In this document: positions 28,761-28,877 of the stretch, in pieces
Layout: each line of letters starts with the position of its first letter
Position numbering within the stretch: position 1 is the first letter of the stretch
Assembly: GCA_023260735.1 (NCBI GenBank)
Contig: JALQUL010000262.1
Coordinates: 1 to 28,877 of the forward strand
Source of the DNA: Limnohabitans sp.
Lineage (GTDB): Bacteria > Pseudomonadota > Gammaproteobacteria > Burkholderiales > Burkholderiaceae_C
Direction: 5' to 3'
DNA: 28,877 bases
Notes under the pieces: generated by a model
The model's input: the letters and a program-made list of their open reading frames with translations, nothing else
Told to the model about the DNA's origin: nothing
Database searches by the model: none
Program-made: the position numbers and the translations under genes

Positions 28761-28877
28761 TTATTGTTTGACAGGATATTTTTGAATTTCTGAGTCGCTG
28801 AGCTCCAGCTTAGGAACAGAGCCAAAACGCAATTTTTTGCTGATGTTATCCACAAACTCGGCTTCGCTAGGCATAGT
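28761..28877 (-). CDS. bamE: C-terminal 38 aa of outer membrane protein assembly factor BamE, truncated by the window edge
   Basis: Open frame TMPSEAEFVDNISKKLRFGSVPKLELSDSEIQKYPVKQ*. MPSE.EFV....VP.LE resembles the Burkholderiales BamE C-tail, and bamE commonly precedes dapB. Too short for the ORF track. Confidence 0.7.
   Translation of the reverse strand, partial: TMPSEAEFVDNISKKLRFGSVPKLELSDSEIQKYPVKQ

Overview
Mostly core-genome window from a betaproteobacterium. Gene order and protein sequences resemble Burkholderiales/Comamonadaceae, but the DNA is unusually AT-rich (about 40% GC by eye, not computed). Order: glpD (5'-partial) >< hemW-rdgB-rph-PP2C phosphatase-Ser/Thr kinase <> yicC-gmk-rpoZ >< [863-aa lipoprotein subtilase with six FG-GAP/VCBS-like repeats] <> spoT >< greB, tRNA-Arg(ACG) <> orphan manC >< gshB-kup-gshA-proA-holA-lptE-leuS-exbD-exbB-dapB-bamE (partial). 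No transposase, integrase, CRISPR array or rRNA was seen. The best leads are: (1) a lipid-anchored S8 protease/beta-propeller gene that splits the normally contiguous rpoZ-spoT operon and has its own candidate expression signals; (2) a full-length GshA whose family-conserved motifs appear systematically substituted, suggesting a pseudo-enzyme, next to intact gshB and proA; (3) a His/Ser/Thr-rich insertion in HemW; (4) a soluble non-RD Hanks kinase/PP2C pair embedded among RNA and nucleotide quality-control genes. Family comparisons come from recalled consensus sequences; no database searches were run.
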